Positions 18,388 to 28,875 of a stretch of 64,000 bases of DNA are shown here, in pieces. Position 1 is the stretch's first letter; each line of letters opens with the position of its first letter. Made by a program: the position numbers and the translations under genes. The notes beneath the pieces are model-generated. The model made no database searches, was not told the origin of the DNA, and saw only the letters and a list, made by a program, of their open reading frames with translations. The DNA lies in contig CAZSGP010000003.1 of assembly GCA_964606485.1 (NCBI GenBank), positions 2,481 through 66,480 of the forward strand, in the 5' to 3' direction. This DNA comes from an uncultured Planctomycetia bacterium (lineage in GTDB: Bacteria > Omnitrophota > Gorgyraeia > 2-02-FULL-51-18).

Positions 18388-20064
18388 ATGTCCAAGCAGT
18401 GGGCGATTTCATCGCTGCATGAAAAAGCCCACGAGTTTGCTAAGACGCTCGGTATTCACGCGCAGATCGCCTCGCTTCTTTTAAGAAGAGGTCTCGGCAC
18501 CCGCGAAGCTATTCAGACGTTTTTAAATCCCTCGCTTCAAAATCTAGAAAGTCCTTTTGCGTTCCGCGACATGCAGAAAGCGGTTGAGCGGATTCGCCGC
18601 GCCATTTCCAAGCAGGAAAAAATTTTAGTTTACGGAGACTACGACGTCGATGGCGTCACAGGAACGGCCATCGTTTATCCGGTTCTCAAGAAATTGGGCG
18701 CGGACGTCGAGGCGTACATGCCGCATCGCATCGATGAGGGGTATGGACTTAACAAAGAATCCATTCTTAAGCTCATGGAAAAAAAGTTTAAGCTCGTCAT
18801 CACCGTTGATAACGGGATTAGTGGCGCTGAGGTGATTGAGACGCTCAATCAAAAAGGGGTTGATACGATTATCGTCGATCACCATTTACCGAAGGATAAA
18901 TTTCCCCCGGCGTACGCGATTGTGAGTTCCTGCATTGAAGACAAGGGAGACGCAAATTTAGCCGCTTGTGGCTTGGCGTTTAAATTAGCCTGGGCGCTTC
19001 TGGATGATCTCGAGAAGGCTAAAGAATATTTGGATCTTGTGACGCTGGGCACCATTGCAGACTTGGCGCCGGTGCTCGGGGATAACCGCATTCTACTCAA
19101 ATTTGGCTTGCCGTATTTGGCCAACACCAAAAAACCAGGGCTCAAGGCCCTGATGACGGTTGCTTCGATTTTACCGCGGATGATTAGCTATAGAGACATC
19201 GCTTTTGGACTTGGACCCCGCATCAATGCCTCTGGACGCATGAGTTCGCCGGAGCACGCTTTTAAATTGCTCACCACGGAAAATGAATACGAAGCGCGGA
19301 ATCTCGCGAGCCTCCTCGACCAAGGAAATAAAGATCGTCAGAAAGCAGAAAAAGAAGCATTTGAAGAAGCGCTGGAAATCGTTGAAGCGGATCCCTTAAA
19401 AGATTCACAAGCGGTTCTCGTGGTGGATCACGCCAGTTGGCATGAGGGAGTTTTGGGGATTGTGGCCTCGCGGCTTGTGGAGCGCTACCAAAAGCCATCG
19501 ATTGTCATTTCTCATCGCGGCGGACTGGGGAAGGGGTCGGGGCGTTCGGTTGGGACCTTTTCATTGCATGAGAACGTGTTGCTCTGCGAAGAATTTTTAA
19601 CAAATTTTGGAGGACACGCGCAGGCCTGCGGTCTCACGATCGAAAAATCAAAGATTAATGGATTTAGAACGCGTCTCAATGAAATTATTAAAAGCCGTTA
19701 CAAAAAAGAAGATTTTACCGGGGAAGTGTTGGTCGATGGAGAGCTTCAGCTGTCGGAGATCGATCTGAAATTTTTAACCGATCTTGAAAAGATGGCGCCT
19801 TTTGGAAATGGGAATAAAAAACCACTTTTTCTTTCAAAGAGTGTGCTTGTAAAGGGTGAGCCTAAAAAAAGAGGGCAGGACACGTTGGTATTCTGGGCGA
19901 GCGACTTGAATGGCAAAACAACCTGCGAAGCCGTGGGTTTTAGGATGCACGAACGCTTTGCGTCGCGCACAAAAAAACCGGCTGTAGACATTGTCTATCA
20001 GCCGGCCTTAAAGCAGTATCAGGGAATTACTTCGATTGAGCTCCAGCTTGAGGATTTTCGCTAG
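18388..20064 (+). CDS. recJ: Single-stranded-DNA-specific exonuclease RecJ.
   Basis: DHH motifs (GDYDVDGVTGTAI, DHH) and a DHHA1 domain. Confidence 0.9.
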   Translation: MSKQWAISSLHEKAHEFAKTLGIHAQIASLLLRRGLGTREAIQTFLNPSLQNLESPFAFRDMQKAVERIRRAISKQEKILVYGDYDVDGVTGTAIVYPVLKKLGADVEAYMPHRIDEGYGLNKESILKLMEKKFKLVITVDNGISGAEVIETLNQKGVDTIIVDHHLPKDKFPPAYAIVSSCIEDKGDANLAACGLAFKLAWALLDDLEKAKEYLDLVTLGTIADLAPVLGDNRILLKFGLPYLANTKKPGLKALMTVASILPRMISYRDIAFGLGPRINASGRMSSPEHAFKLLTTENEYEARNLASLLDQGNKDRQKAEKEAFEEALEIVEADPLKDSQAVLVVDHASWHEGVLGIVASRLVERYQKPSIVISHRGGLGKGSGRSVGTFSLHENVLLCEEFLTNFGGHAQACGLTIEKSKINGFRTRLNEIIKSRYKKEDFTGEVLVDGELQLSEIDLKFLTDLEKMAPFGNGNKKPLFLSKSVLVKGEPKKRGQDTLVFWASDLNGKTTCEAVGFRMHERFASRTKKPAVDIVYQPALKQYQGITSIELQLEDFR

Positions 20065-20308
20065 CTTTCCAAGTGCGCTTGGGGGCCTTCACGACCTTAC
20101 CAGACTTGATGTAGCGCGCAGAAACGCGAACTCTTTTAACGGTTCCGTTCTCAACAATTTTAACCGTCTGAAGATTGGGCTGGAAGCGGCGAGTGGTGAT
20201 GCCGGTGGTTTTGAGACCGATACCGCCGGACTTTTTGGCAATACCGCGCCGTGCAATTCTCTTGCCGCTAATCGGCTTTTTTCCTGTAAAATAGCAAACT
20301 CTAGACAT
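20027..20308 (-). CDS. rpmB: 50S ribosomal protein L28.
   Basis: MSRVCYFTGKKP..G. Start placed at the internal Met, not the ORF-track start at 20362. The 3' end overlaps the recJ 3' end by 38 nt. Confidence 0.85.
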   Translation of the reverse strand: MSRVCYFTGKKPISGKRIARRGIAKKSGGIGLKTTGITTRRFQPNLQTVKIVENGTVKRVRVSARYIKSGKVVKAPKRTWKASENPQAGAQSK

Positions 20309-20341
20309 ACGCTTTCTCCATTTAAGAGGGCATAATTTAGC

Positions 20342-22498
20342 ATGGTTTTGGGGCAAACGCAAAGAGAATTCGTGAAAACGGCGGAGCCTGCTTTTAGCCT
20401 CAAATCACCCCTGCGGTACTTAAAAGGGGTGGGTCCGGAACGCTCCAGAGTGCTGGATTCGCTCGAACTTTGCTTTCTAGAGGACCTTTTTTACTACTTT
20501 CCCCGTCGCTATGAGGACCGCAGCCGCGTGAAACGGTTTTCAGAGCTCGTCCCGGAGCAAAAACAGTGCACCGAAGGCGTGGTTTCCGAGGCAAAGCTTG
20601 TGCGTCTAAAAGGCGGGAGAGCTGTTTTTAGAACGACGCTCTCAGATGGCAAGCGGACCCTGGACCTCCTGTTCTACGGCCAACCCTATCTCTCCAATAT
20701 TTTTAGCGCCAAAGCACAAGTCTCTGTTTGCGGGACGCCGCAGTGGGAAGGCAAGAAGCTTGTTATGATTCACCCGGAATATGAAATTGTGAAGGTGGTT
20801 GAGGGCGAGACGCAGCCTGAGAGCGCACACTTTAAACGTGTAATCCCAATTTACCCGCTCACCGAGGACCTGTCGCAAAAATCCATTCGGTCGCTTATTT
20901 TTCGGACTACCGGCGAGCATGCCTCTCTTTTTAAGGATGCCCTGACAACGGCTATTCAAAACCGTTATAAACTTACGCCAAAAGACCGGGCGATTCGTCA
21001 AATTCATTTTCCAGATAATTTTCAGGAGCTCAAAAAAGCTTACACGCGCCTCGTGTTCGAGGAATTTTTTCTGATGCAAACCCTGATTCAATTTAAGCGG
21101 AAAAAAATGCAAACGCTCAATAGCGGACTTTCGCATACAAGCGGGGAGGAAACGCTGAAGAAGTTTATTCAGTCATTGCCGTTTGCGCTCACCAAGGGTC
21201 AGGAGTTGGCTTTGAGTGAAATTTTAGACGATATGAAAAAGCCTCAGCGGATGAACCGTTTGGTTCAAGGGGACGTGGGTAGCGGAAAAACCGTGATCGC
21301 CGCCGCCGCGTTGCTCTTTAGCGCGCTGAATGGATTCCAGGGTGCGCTCATGGCTCCGACGGAGGTCTTGGCGAATCAGCATTATTTTAATTTATGCCGG
21401 TTGCTCGAACCCTTCGGGTTAAAACTAGCGTATCTCGGACAGGGAATTTCGGCCGAAGAAAAAAATATGGTTTTGAAAGAGGTGGCGAGCGGAAGCGTCC
21501 ATATTCTGATTGGAACCCATGCGCTGATCCAGGACGGCGTTCAATTTAAAAAAAGCGGACTTGTGGTGGTGGACGAACAGCACAAATTCGGCGTATTGCA
21601 AAGAACCGCTTTGCAAAATAAGGCAATGGGTGGCGCGCACTTGCTGCTCATGACCGCAACACCTATTCCAAGGTCGCTTGCCATGACGCTGTATGGCGAC
21701 CTGGACGTTTCGATTATTGCAGAACGCCCAGCTGGACGCGCGGCGATTAAAACTCTGTGGGTAGACGACAAGAGAAGAGCAGACGTTTACCGTTTTGTGC
21801 AAAAGGAATTGGAAAAAGGTCACCAGGCTTACGTGGTGTGTCCGCTCATTGACGAAAATTCCGAACAGGCCGATCGAAAGCCTTCCGAGACCAGTCAAAA
21901 GAGCGCGCTTAAAGTTCACGAAGAGCTTAAAGGTATTTTCTCATCTCACAAAACAGCGCTTCTTCATGGGCGTATGAAATCCGCCGAAAAAAAGAAGGTC
22001 ATGGAAGCATTTAAAAATAAGCAGTTTGATATTTTGGTGTCGACGGTGGTGATTGAGGTGGGGATTGATGTTTCAAATGCAACGCTGATGCTGATCGAAA
22101 ACGCAGAACGTTTCGGTCTTTCACAGCTACACCAGCTTCGTGGGCGGGTTGGCCGCGGAAAAGACGAGTCGACGTGCATTTTATTTTCAGATACACAAAA
22201 TCCTGAAACGGCGGACCGTCTGCGCGTGTTTGAGCGCACTGAAAGCGGATTTGAAATTGCCGAAGCGGATTTGAAGCTTCGCGGCGGAGGCGACTTGATT
22301 GGTTCGCGTCAGCACGGCTTGCCCGAACTTCGAATTGGAGACTTTTCGAGGGATTTTGCGGTGCTTCGCGCCGCTCAAAAAGAGGCTAAGGCTTTGATTG
22401 AAGCGGACCCGTTGCTCGCTAAGCCTGATAATAAATTGCTTAAACTTGAAATCAAAGCGCGCTATGGCCAAAACGCTTATGATTCGATGATGGCTTAA
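20342..22498 (+). CDS. recG: ATP-dependent DNA helicase RecG.
   Basis: N-terminal wedge domain, Walker A GDVGSGKT, and a helicase C domain. Confidence 0.95.
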   Translation: MVLGQTQREFVKTAEPAFSLKSPLRYLKGVGPERSRVLDSLELCFLEDLFYYFPRRYEDRSRVKRFSELVPEQKQCTEGVVSEAKLVRLKGGRAVFRTTLSDGKRTLDLLFYGQPYLSNIFSAKAQVSVCGTPQWEGKKLVMIHPEYEIVKVVEGETQPESAHFKRVIPIYPLTEDLSQKSIRSLIFRTTGEHASLFKDALTTAIQNRYKLTPKDRAIRQIHFPDNFQELKKAYTRLVFEEFFLMQTLIQFKRKKMQTLNSGLSHTSGEETLKKFIQSLPFALTKGQELALSEILDDMKKPQRMNRLVQGDVGSGKTVIAAAALLFSALNGFQGALMAPTEVLANQHYFNLCRLLEPFGLKLAYLGQGISAEEKNMVLKEVASGSVHILIGTHALIQDGVQFKKSGLVVVDEQHKFGVLQRTALQNKAMGGAHLLLMTATPIPRSLAMTLYGDLDVSIIAERPAGRAAIKTLWVDDKRRADVYRFVQKELEKGHQAYVVCPLIDENSEQADRKPSETSQKSALKVHEELKGIFSSHKTALLHGRMKSAEKKKVMEAFKNKQFDILVSTVVIEVGIDVSNATLMLIENAERFGLSQLHQLRGRVGRGKDESTCILFSDTQNPETADRLRVFERTESGFEIAEADLKLRGGGDLIGSRQHGLPELRIGDFSRDFAVLRAAQKEAKALIEADPLLAKPDNKLLKLEIKARYGQNAYDSMMA

Positions 22499-22501
22499 GT
22501 C

Positions 22502-23050
22502 ATGAAAATTCTCACAGGTGTCTTGCGTGGTCAGGCGATTGGATTTTCCAAGAATCCTTTTCTTCGCCCCACGGCTGATAAAGTTCGCAAAGCGCTCATG
22601 GATACTCTTAAAGGAGCGATAGAGGGGAAAAAAGTGCTCGATCTTTTTAGTGGGACGGGGGCGCTTGGAATGGAGGCGCTGTCCAATGGCGCATCGTTTG
22701 TGACCTTTGTTGAAAAGCATAAAATTCAGTCGGAATTTATCCGAAAAAGCATTGAAAAAATGGGATTGGCTGAACAGTCGGAAATTATCAGCGATGATGC
22801 GATTTTAGTTTTGGAGCACAAGGCCCGCGCGGGAGAGTCTTATGATATGATTATTGCAGATCCGCCTTATGGGGAAGGGTGGATGCTCAAAACGTTTCAG
22901 GCGATTGTGAATCTAAGAATTCTTAACCCAGGCGCAATTGTTGTTTTGGAGTGTGCGGCCAAAGAAGAAACACTGAAAAGTTCGGGGCAGGTTCGGTTTA
23001 TCAAAGAAAAAATTTACGGGGATTCCAAGCTAATTTTTTATGGCGTATAA
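22502..23050 (+). CDS. rsmD: 16S rRNA (guanine966-N2)-methyltransferase RsmD.
   Basis: LDLFSGTGALGMEALS and DPPY motifs. Confidence 0.85.
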   Translation: MKILTGVLRGQAIGFSKNPFLRPTADKVRKALMDTLKGAIEGKKVLDLFSGTGALGMEALSNGASFVTFVEKHKIQSEFIRKSIEKMGLAEQSEIISDDAILVLEHKARAGESYDMIIADPPYGEGWMLKTFQAIVNLRILNPGAIVVLECAAKEETLKSSGQVRFIKEKIYGDSKLIFYGV

Positions 23051-23432
23051 AATTTTGATTATCGAAGATGACGAGCGTTCAGGGGAGTTGCTCAAAGAAA
23101 TTTTAGCAACCGCCTCCTATGAGGCTAAAGTTACGGTCGATGCGATTAATGGTTTTGAGCATGCAGACCGCCATAAGCCGGACCTCATTCTTCTGGATCT
23201 CAAGCTTCCGCTTGGAGGCGGTTTCGTCACGCTGCAAAAATTGCGCGTTTCAACGCGAACAAAAAACATCCCGGTTATTATTTTGACGGGCAGTAAAGAT
23301 GATAAAGATAAACGCCAAGCCCAGGCGCTTGGTGTGAAAGGGTATTTTTATAAACCCGTCGATCAAGCTTTGCTTCTTTCTAAGATTGCAGAAATTTTAC
23401 CCGGAGCTAATTTACAAAAAACTTCTGGGTGA
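23040..23432 (+). CDS. Single-domain response regulator (CheY-like receiver domain).
   Basis: A receiver-domain match with the acid pocket DD...D and a K near the C-terminus. Confidence 0.8.
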   Translation: MAYKILIIEDDERSGELLKEILATASYEAKVTVDAINGFEHADRHKPDLILLDLKLPLGGGFVTLQKLRVSTRTKNIPVIILTGSKDDKDKRQAQALGVKGYFYKPVDQALLLSKIAEILPGANLQKTSG

Positions 23433-24987
23433 TTTTGTTGATGGCCTGCCGAAGACTTTCCTGGGACGCCGGTTTTCCGATTAATAAATCCATCCCTTTG
23501 GGGTGATCGCCTTTTTCTTTCATTAAATCCGCAAAGCCTGTGAGCATGATTGCGGGTGTCTTGGGAGAAATTTCTTTTATTTTTTGAATGAGCATGTCGC
23601 CATTGAGCGGAGGCATTGCGCGATCGGTGATAAGGAGATCAAATGGGGAGGTTTGGAATTTTTTAAGAGCTTCATTGCCGTCCAGAGCTGTTTCAACCGT
23701 GTGACCATCCTGTGTTAAAAAAACTTTTACAACTTCTAGAATTAGCGGCTCATCGTCCGCTAGCAGTATTCTTAAGGGACGCGTCGGAAGAGAGGCGATC
23801 TCCTCAACATTTTTCCTTAGAGTCGTAGGGTGAATCGGTAGATGAATGGTAAACGTGGTTCCTTGACTAGGCACGCTTATAACGTCGATTGTTCCTTCGT
23901 GACGGCGGATAATCCCGTGTACCATTGAGAGACCCATTCCAGTGCCGCTCTTTCCTTTAGTTGAAAAAAAAGGCTCAAAGCAGCGCTGCTGAACTTCCTC
24001 GGACATTCCGGCGCCCGTGTCGGAGACAAGAATCAGAATTTCGTCATCCTTAGCTTGAGTTTCGAAGCGGAGCACGCCACCCTGAGGCATGGCGTCGACG
24101 GCATTAAAAATAAGATTGGTGAGCGCTTCGCGAAGCGCGCTTTCATGGCCCGTGACTAGTGGCACAGGATCAAGCTTTAGCTCAACCTTCACCGAGGCAC
24201 CTTTCAGGAGAGATTCGTTTTTCCATTTGGGCTCAGTGAGCGAGACGCACTGTTCAATGATGCGGCAGAGATCCACTGCATTGAATGAATCTTCCTGATC
24301 ATTGCGCTTGCGGTAAAACTCGATCAGGCGACCGACAATGCTCACCGCGTCTTTAGCGGCTGTGTGAATTAATTTTAAATAGCGCGTAGCTTTCTCGCGG
24401 TCATTCAGCGTGTCTGGGTTTGAGAGGATAAGCTCTGAAAACCCGACAATGGGTGCCAAGGCGTTGTTGAAATCGTGCGCGATGCCGCTCGCCATTTGAC
24501 CCAAGGCTTTTAAGCGCTCTTGTTGAATCATTTGGCTTTGCGTTTTTTGAAGTTCCGATAGCGTCATGAGAAGGCGATGGGTATTTTGTTTGAGCGCTTC
24601 CTCAACTTCTTCGCGGTCGGTCACATCTCTCAAGCTCACGACGACTTGTGTGGAGTTATTTTCTTGGACAATGCTTTTGCCGATCGTCTCTAGCGTTCTC
24701 CAGCTTCCATCCCGGTGGCGAAAGCGAAACTCTATGGTGATGGGGCGAGTGGAGTCCTTTAAATCTTTAAAAAGGTAGGCTGTGTTTTCGGTGTCTTCGA
24801 CGTGAATAGAATCAAAGAAATTTTTCCCCATCATCTCGGAGGGGCTGTAACCCAAGATGCGCGAAACAGAGGAGCTTGCGTAAAGAATGGACCCTTGTGC
24901 ATCAAACACTAAAAGCAAATCTAAAATACCGCGGATCAACGAACGAAAATGTTCTTCGGAGTGAATGTCGGATGGTTTGGTGGACAT
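23407..24987 (-). CDS. Cytoplasmic hybrid sensor histidine kinase (PAS-HisKA-HATPase-REC).
   Basis: No transmembrane segment. PAS domain at the N-terminus, H-box HDFNN, G-boxes GTGMGL, and a C-terminal receiver domain. Confidence 0.85.
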   Translation of the reverse strand: MSTKPSDIHSEEHFRSLIRGILDLLLVFDAQGSILYASSSVSRILGYSPSEMMGKNFFDSIHVEDTENTAYLFKDLKDSTRPITIEFRFRHRDGSWRTLETIGKSIVQENNSTQVVVSLRDVTDREEVEEALKQNTHRLLMTLSELQKTQSQMIQQERLKALGQMASGIAHDFNNALAPIVGFSELILSNPDTLNDREKATRYLKLIHTAAKDAVSIVGRLIEFYRKRNDQEDSFNAVDLCRIIEQCVSLTEPKWKNESLLKGASVKVELKLDPVPLVTGHESALREALTNLIFNAVDAMPQGGVLRFETQAKDDEILILVSDTGAGMSEEVQQRCFEPFFSTKGKSGTGMGLSMVHGIIRRHEGTIDVISVPSQGTTFTIHLPIHPTTLRKNVEEIASLPTRPLRILLADDEPLILEVVKVFLTQDGHTVETALDGNEALKKFQTSPFDLLITDRAMPPLNGDMLIQKIKEISPKTPAIMLTGFADLMKEKGDHPKGMDLLIGKPASQESLRQAINKITQKFFVN

Positions 24988-25075
24988 AAATCGTATTATA
25001 TAGTTTAAAAGAATATTTTTTACATAATTTTACAAATAAGTGAGGTGTTATTGCTGGCTCATGGCGCTGCGCTCG

Positions 25076-25104
25076 TTGACTCGTTAACCCTCATCCAGTA
25101 TAGT
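25076..25104 (+). promoter_or_regulatory. Sigma70-type promoter for sdhCAB (TTGACT, 17 nt spacer, TATAGT).
   Basis: Hexamers read directly from the sequence; AAAGGAAA RBS before ATG 25127. Confidence 0.55.
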
Positions 25105-25126
25105 GTTAGCTCTAAAGGAAACCTGA

Positions 25127-25816
25127 ATGAACTGCTGTTTTTTTAATTCGTCTCTGGGCAAAAAAGTGGTGATGGCTTTGACCGGCCTCATTCTCTTCGG
25201 ATTTGTGTTGGCTCATATGCTGGGAAATCTCCAGATTTTTATGGGTCGCCAGGCGCTCAATGATTATGCTGAGCATCTAGCCAACCTGCCTTATCTTTTG
25301 TGGCCCGCAAGACTCACTCTTCTAAGCAGTTTGATTGCACATGTTCTGACCGCCATTTGTCTTACCCGTGAAAATAGAAAGGCTCGCCCGGTTCCTTACG
25401 CGAATTCTGAAACGCTAGAGGCAAGTTATGCTTCCCGAACAATGATGATGAGCGGAATCATCGTTTTTTTGTTTATTGTTTATCACCTCCTTCATTTTAC
25501 ATTGGGCGTGGTGCACCACGAGGCGTATCTCATGATGGATGAAAAAGGCCGCCACGATGTGTATTCGATGGTGGTGCTGAGCTTTCAAAATATTTGGGTC
25601 TCAATCAGCTACGTTATCGCCATGGCCGCTTTGTGTTTTCATTTGAGCCACGGCTTGCGAAGTTTTCCGCAATCGCTTGGCGTGAATACCCAAAAAAATA
25701 TTCGCGTGTTTAATGCTTTTGCGGTTGCATTTTCGTGGTTAATTTTTTTGGGAAATTCTTCGATCCCGCTTGCGGTGTTATCGGGACTGATTAAATTGCC
25801 AGGGGTTTCGTCATGA
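25127..25816 (+). CDS. sdhC: Succinate dehydrogenase/fumarate reductase cytochrome b subunit (b558 family, Bacillus-type).
   Basis: Five transmembrane helices with conserved His residues; sits directly upstream of sdhA. Confidence 0.75.
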   Translation: MNCCFFNSSLGKKVVMALTGLILFGFVLAHMLGNLQIFMGRQALNDYAEHLANLPYLLWPARLTLLSSLIAHVLTAICLTRENRKARPVPYANSETLEASYASRTMMMSGIIVFLFIVYHLLHFTLGVVHHEAYLMMDEKGRHDVYSMVVLSFQNIWVSISYVIAMAALCFHLSHGLRSFPQSLGVNTQKNIRVFNAFAVAFSWLIFLGNSSIPLAVLSGLIKLPGVSS

Positions 25817-27726
25817 CGCTCGACTCTAAAATTCCCGCTGGGCCCATCGAGAAAAAGTGGGACAGTCACAAGTTTAATTTAAAGCTAGTGAATCCGGCGA
25901 ATAAAAGAAAATATTCTATTATTGTTGTCGGGTCAGGTTTGGCGGGTTCATCGGCAGCTGCGAGCCTTGCGGAGCTCGGCTATCAAGTTTCCTGTTTTTG
26001 TTTCCAAGATAGCCCGCGACGCGCCCACAGCATTGCCGCGCAGGGCGGAATCAACGCCGCTAAAAATTACCCCAATGACGGGGATAGCGTGTGGCGACTT
26101 TTTTATGACACGATTAAGGGCGGAGATTTTCGCGCCCGCGAAGCCAATGTCTACCGTTTAGCCCAAATTAGCAATTCCATTATTGATCAGTGTGTGGCTC
26201 AAGGTGTTCCATTTGCCCGTGAGTATGGCGGATCCCTCGCCAACCGCTCGTTCGGCGGCGCGCAGGTCTCGCGCACGTTTTACGCGCGTGGACAAACAGG
26301 CCAGCAGCTTCTTTTAGGCGCGTACCAAGCTTTAGAGCGACAAATTGGTCTCGGAAAAATTAAAATGTTTCCACGCACCGAAATGCTCGATCTCGTGGTG
26401 GTGGATGGTCACGCTAAAGGAATTGTCGTTCGTGATTTAGTTAGTGGAAAAATTTCATCTTACGCGGCCGACGCGGTGGTGCTTGCCACTGGCGGCTACT
26501 CCAATGTTTTTTATCTTTCCACGAACGCTATTAATTGCAATGTCACCGCGGCGTTTCGCGCTTATAAAAAGGGAGCGTATTTCGCGAACCCTTGCTACAC
26601 CCAGATTCACCCAACCTGCATTCCGGTGAGCGGGGATCACCAGTCAAAATTGACGCTCATGTCCGAATCGCTTCGCAATGATGGCCGTGTTTGGGCGCCG
26701 AAGAAAAAGGGCGACAACCGCGCGCCGTCTGAAATTCCGGATGCTGAGCGCGATTATTACCTTGAACGGAAATATCCAAGCTACGGAAACTTAGCGCCTC
26801 GCGACATTTCTTCGCGCAGCGCCAAAGAAGCTTGTGACGACGGTCGCGGAGTGGGTCCAGGCGGCCGAGGAGTGTATTTGGATTTTTCCGACGCAATTAG
26901 TCGTTTGGGTGAGAGCACGATTAAAGAGCGCTATGGAAATTTATTCGACATGTACGAGCGTATTACGGGTGAAAATCCCTACAAAGCGCCAATGCGCATT
27001 TACCCCGCGCTTCACTACACCATGGGCGGTTTGTGGGTGGATTATAATTTAATGAGCACAATTCCGGGGCTTCACGTCATCGGCGAGGCGAACTTTTCCG
27101 ACCATGGTGCAAACCGTTTGGGCGCATCCGCGTTGATGCAAGGACTAGCGGATGGGTATTTTGTGTTGCCTTATACCATTGGAGATTATTTAACAAGCAG
27201 CGCTAAAACAAAAGTTTCGCTTGATCATCCGGAATTTAAAAAGGCGGAAAAGGACTGTCAGGAGAACACCAAGAAACTACTCTCCATAAAAGGAAAGCGA
27301 ACCGTGAGCTCGTTTCATCGGGAGCTTGGAAATTTAATGTGGAATGACTGCGGAATGGCACGCACCAAAAAAAGCCTGGAGAACGCCATTTCAAAAATTC
27401 CTCAAATCCGCGAAGAATTTTGGAAGAATGTGAATGTTTTGGGAGAGAACGAGAGTTTGAATCCGGCCCTCGAGCGCGCTGGACGCGTGGCAGATTTTCT
27501 AGAATTTGGAGAGCTGCTTTGCAAAGATGCGTTGCACCGCGAGGAGTCTTGTGGAGGACATTTCCGTGAAGAGCATCAAACGCCAGACGGGGAAGCCAAA
27601 CGCAATGACGATCAGTTTTCCTATGTGGCCGCATGGCAATTCGCCGGTGATAAAAAAGAACCTATTTTAAACAAAGAGTCGCTCACATTTGAAAATGTGC
27701 ACCTGGCTCAGCGGAGTTACAAGTAA
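25813..27726 (+). CDS. sdhA: Succinate dehydrogenase/fumarate reductase flavoprotein subunit.
   Basis: FAD-binding [10 protein letters not shown] and the covalent-FAD His region ([11 protein letters not shown]). Confidence 0.95.
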   Translation: MTLDSKIPAGPIEKKWDSHKFNLKLVNPANKRKYSIIVVGSGLAGSSAAASLAELGYQVSCFCFQDSPRRAHSIAAQGGINAAKNYPNDGDSVWRLFYDTIKGGDFRAREANVYRLAQISNSIIDQCVAQGVPFAREYGGSLANRSFGGAQVSRTFYARGQTGQQLLLGAYQALERQIGLGKIKMFPRTEMLDLVVVDGHAKGIVVRDLVSGKISSYAADAVVLATGGYSNVFYLSTNAINCNVTAAFRAYKKGAYFANPCYTQIHPTCIPVSGDHQSKLTLMSESLRNDGRVWAPKKKGDNRAPSEIPDAERDYYLERKYPSYGNLAPRDISSRSAKEACDDGRGVGPGGRGVYLDFSDAISRLGESTIKERYGNLFDMYERITGENPYKAPMRIYPALHYTMGGLWVDYNLMSTIPGLHVIGEANFSDHGANRLGASALMQGLADGYFVLPYTIGDYLTSSAKTKVSLDHPEFKKAEKDCQENTKKLLSIKGKRTVSSFHRELGNLMWNDCGMARTKKSLENAISKIPQIREEFWKNVNVLGENESLNPALERAGRVADFLEFGELLCKDALHREESCGGHFREEHQTPDGEAKRNDDQFSYVAAWQFAGDKKEPILNKESLTFENVHLAQRSYK

Positions 27727-28463
27727 TGAATCTAAAACTAAAAATTTGGAGACAGAAATCTGCAAACGACAAAGGATCTTTTTTTGAGACGGAGGCTAAG
27801 AATATCAGCTCCGATATGTCCTTTTTGGAAATGCTAGACGTAGTCAACGAAGAATTGACCCTGAAAGGGGTGGAGCCCATTGCATTTGACCACGATTGCC
27901 GCGAAGGTATTTGTGGGATGTGTTCACTGATGATTAACGGAGTGGCTCACGGTCCTGAGCGCGCCACTACGACTTGCCAGCTTCATATGCGCAAATTTAA
28001 AGACGGGGACACGATTGTAATCGAGCCTTGGCGTGCCAAGGCCTTTCCTGTGGTCAAGGATTTGGTTGTAGACCGTTCTTCTTTTGATCGCATCATTGCA
28101 AATGGCGGCTTTGTTTCAGTGGGAACCGGTCAGGCTGCGGAAGCCAATGCCATACCCGTCGGCAAAGAAAGTGCGGATCTTGCAATGGACGCCGCGCAAT
28201 GTATTGGGTGCGGCGCTTGTGTGGCTTCCTGCAAAAATGCGTCGGCAATGCTCTTTGTAGCGGCAAAGGTCTCTCACTTGTCTTTACTGCCGCAGGGGGC
28301 CGTTGAAGCTAAAACACGCGTAAAAAATATGGTTTTTCAGATGGACCAAGAAGGCTTTGGAAATTGCACCAATCAATTTGAGTGTGAAGCGGCGTGCCCG
28401 AAAGAAATCAAAGTTTCGTTTATCGCACAAATGAATCAGCAGTATCTGAGGAGTCAACTATGA
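27726..28463 (+). CDS. sdhB: Succinate dehydrogenase/fumarate reductase iron-sulfur subunit.
   Basis: 2Fe-2[10 protein letters not shown] and 4Fe-4S/3Fe-4S cysteine clusters. Confidence 0.9.
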   Translation: MNLKLKIWRQKSANDKGSFFETEAKNISSDMSFLEMLDVVNEELTLKGVEPIAFDHDCREGICGMCSLMINGVAHGPERATTTCQLHMRKFKDGDTIVIEPWRAKAFPVVKDLVVDRSSFDRIIANGGFVSVGTGQAAEANAIPVGKESADLAMDAAQCIGCGACVASCKNASAMLFVAAKVSHLSLLPQGAVEAKTRVKNMVFQMDQEGFGNCTNQFECEAACPKEIKVSFIAQMNQQYLRSQL

Positions 28464-28873
28464 GTGAAGAAACGCAGAAGCCGGGTGTTGTGATTTTTGT
28501 AGCGATTCTCAATTTTATCAGTGCCTTTTGGTGGTTTTTGGGAGTCATGGGATGTCTCGCGATTGTTTTGTTTGGTAGCTCGGTCGCGATCTTTAGTAGA
28601 GCTGTGAACCAAGTTTCCACTACACTTTCCGACCGGGGGCTTGCCATTGGAGTTACAGCTGTATTTTTTATTGCCCTTGTTTTAGCGGCGCTATTTTTTG
28701 CGTTTCATCTTGTGATCGGTCTTGGTTTATTGAAAGCCAAGAAGTATGGTTGGTACGCCGCCGTGACGTCCGCGGTGCTAGGGCTTGTTTTTGTGCCTTG
28801 GGGAACTATTTTAAGCATCCTCATCCTCGTCTTATTTTTTCAACGCAACGTTCGTGAATTTTTTAAGGTTTAA
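28460..28873 (+). CDS. Hypothetical membrane protein, translationally coupled to sdhB.
   Basis: Internal ATG overlaps the sdhB stop (ATGA); four hydrophobic helices. Confidence 0.45.
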   Translation: MSEETQKPGVVIFVAILNFISAFWWFLGVMGCLAIVLFGSSVAIFSRAVNQVSTTLSDRGLAIGVTAVFFIALVLAALFFAFHLVIGLGLLKAKKYGWYAAVTSAVLGLVFVPWGTILSILILVLFFQRNVREFFKV

Positions 28874-28875
28874 TC

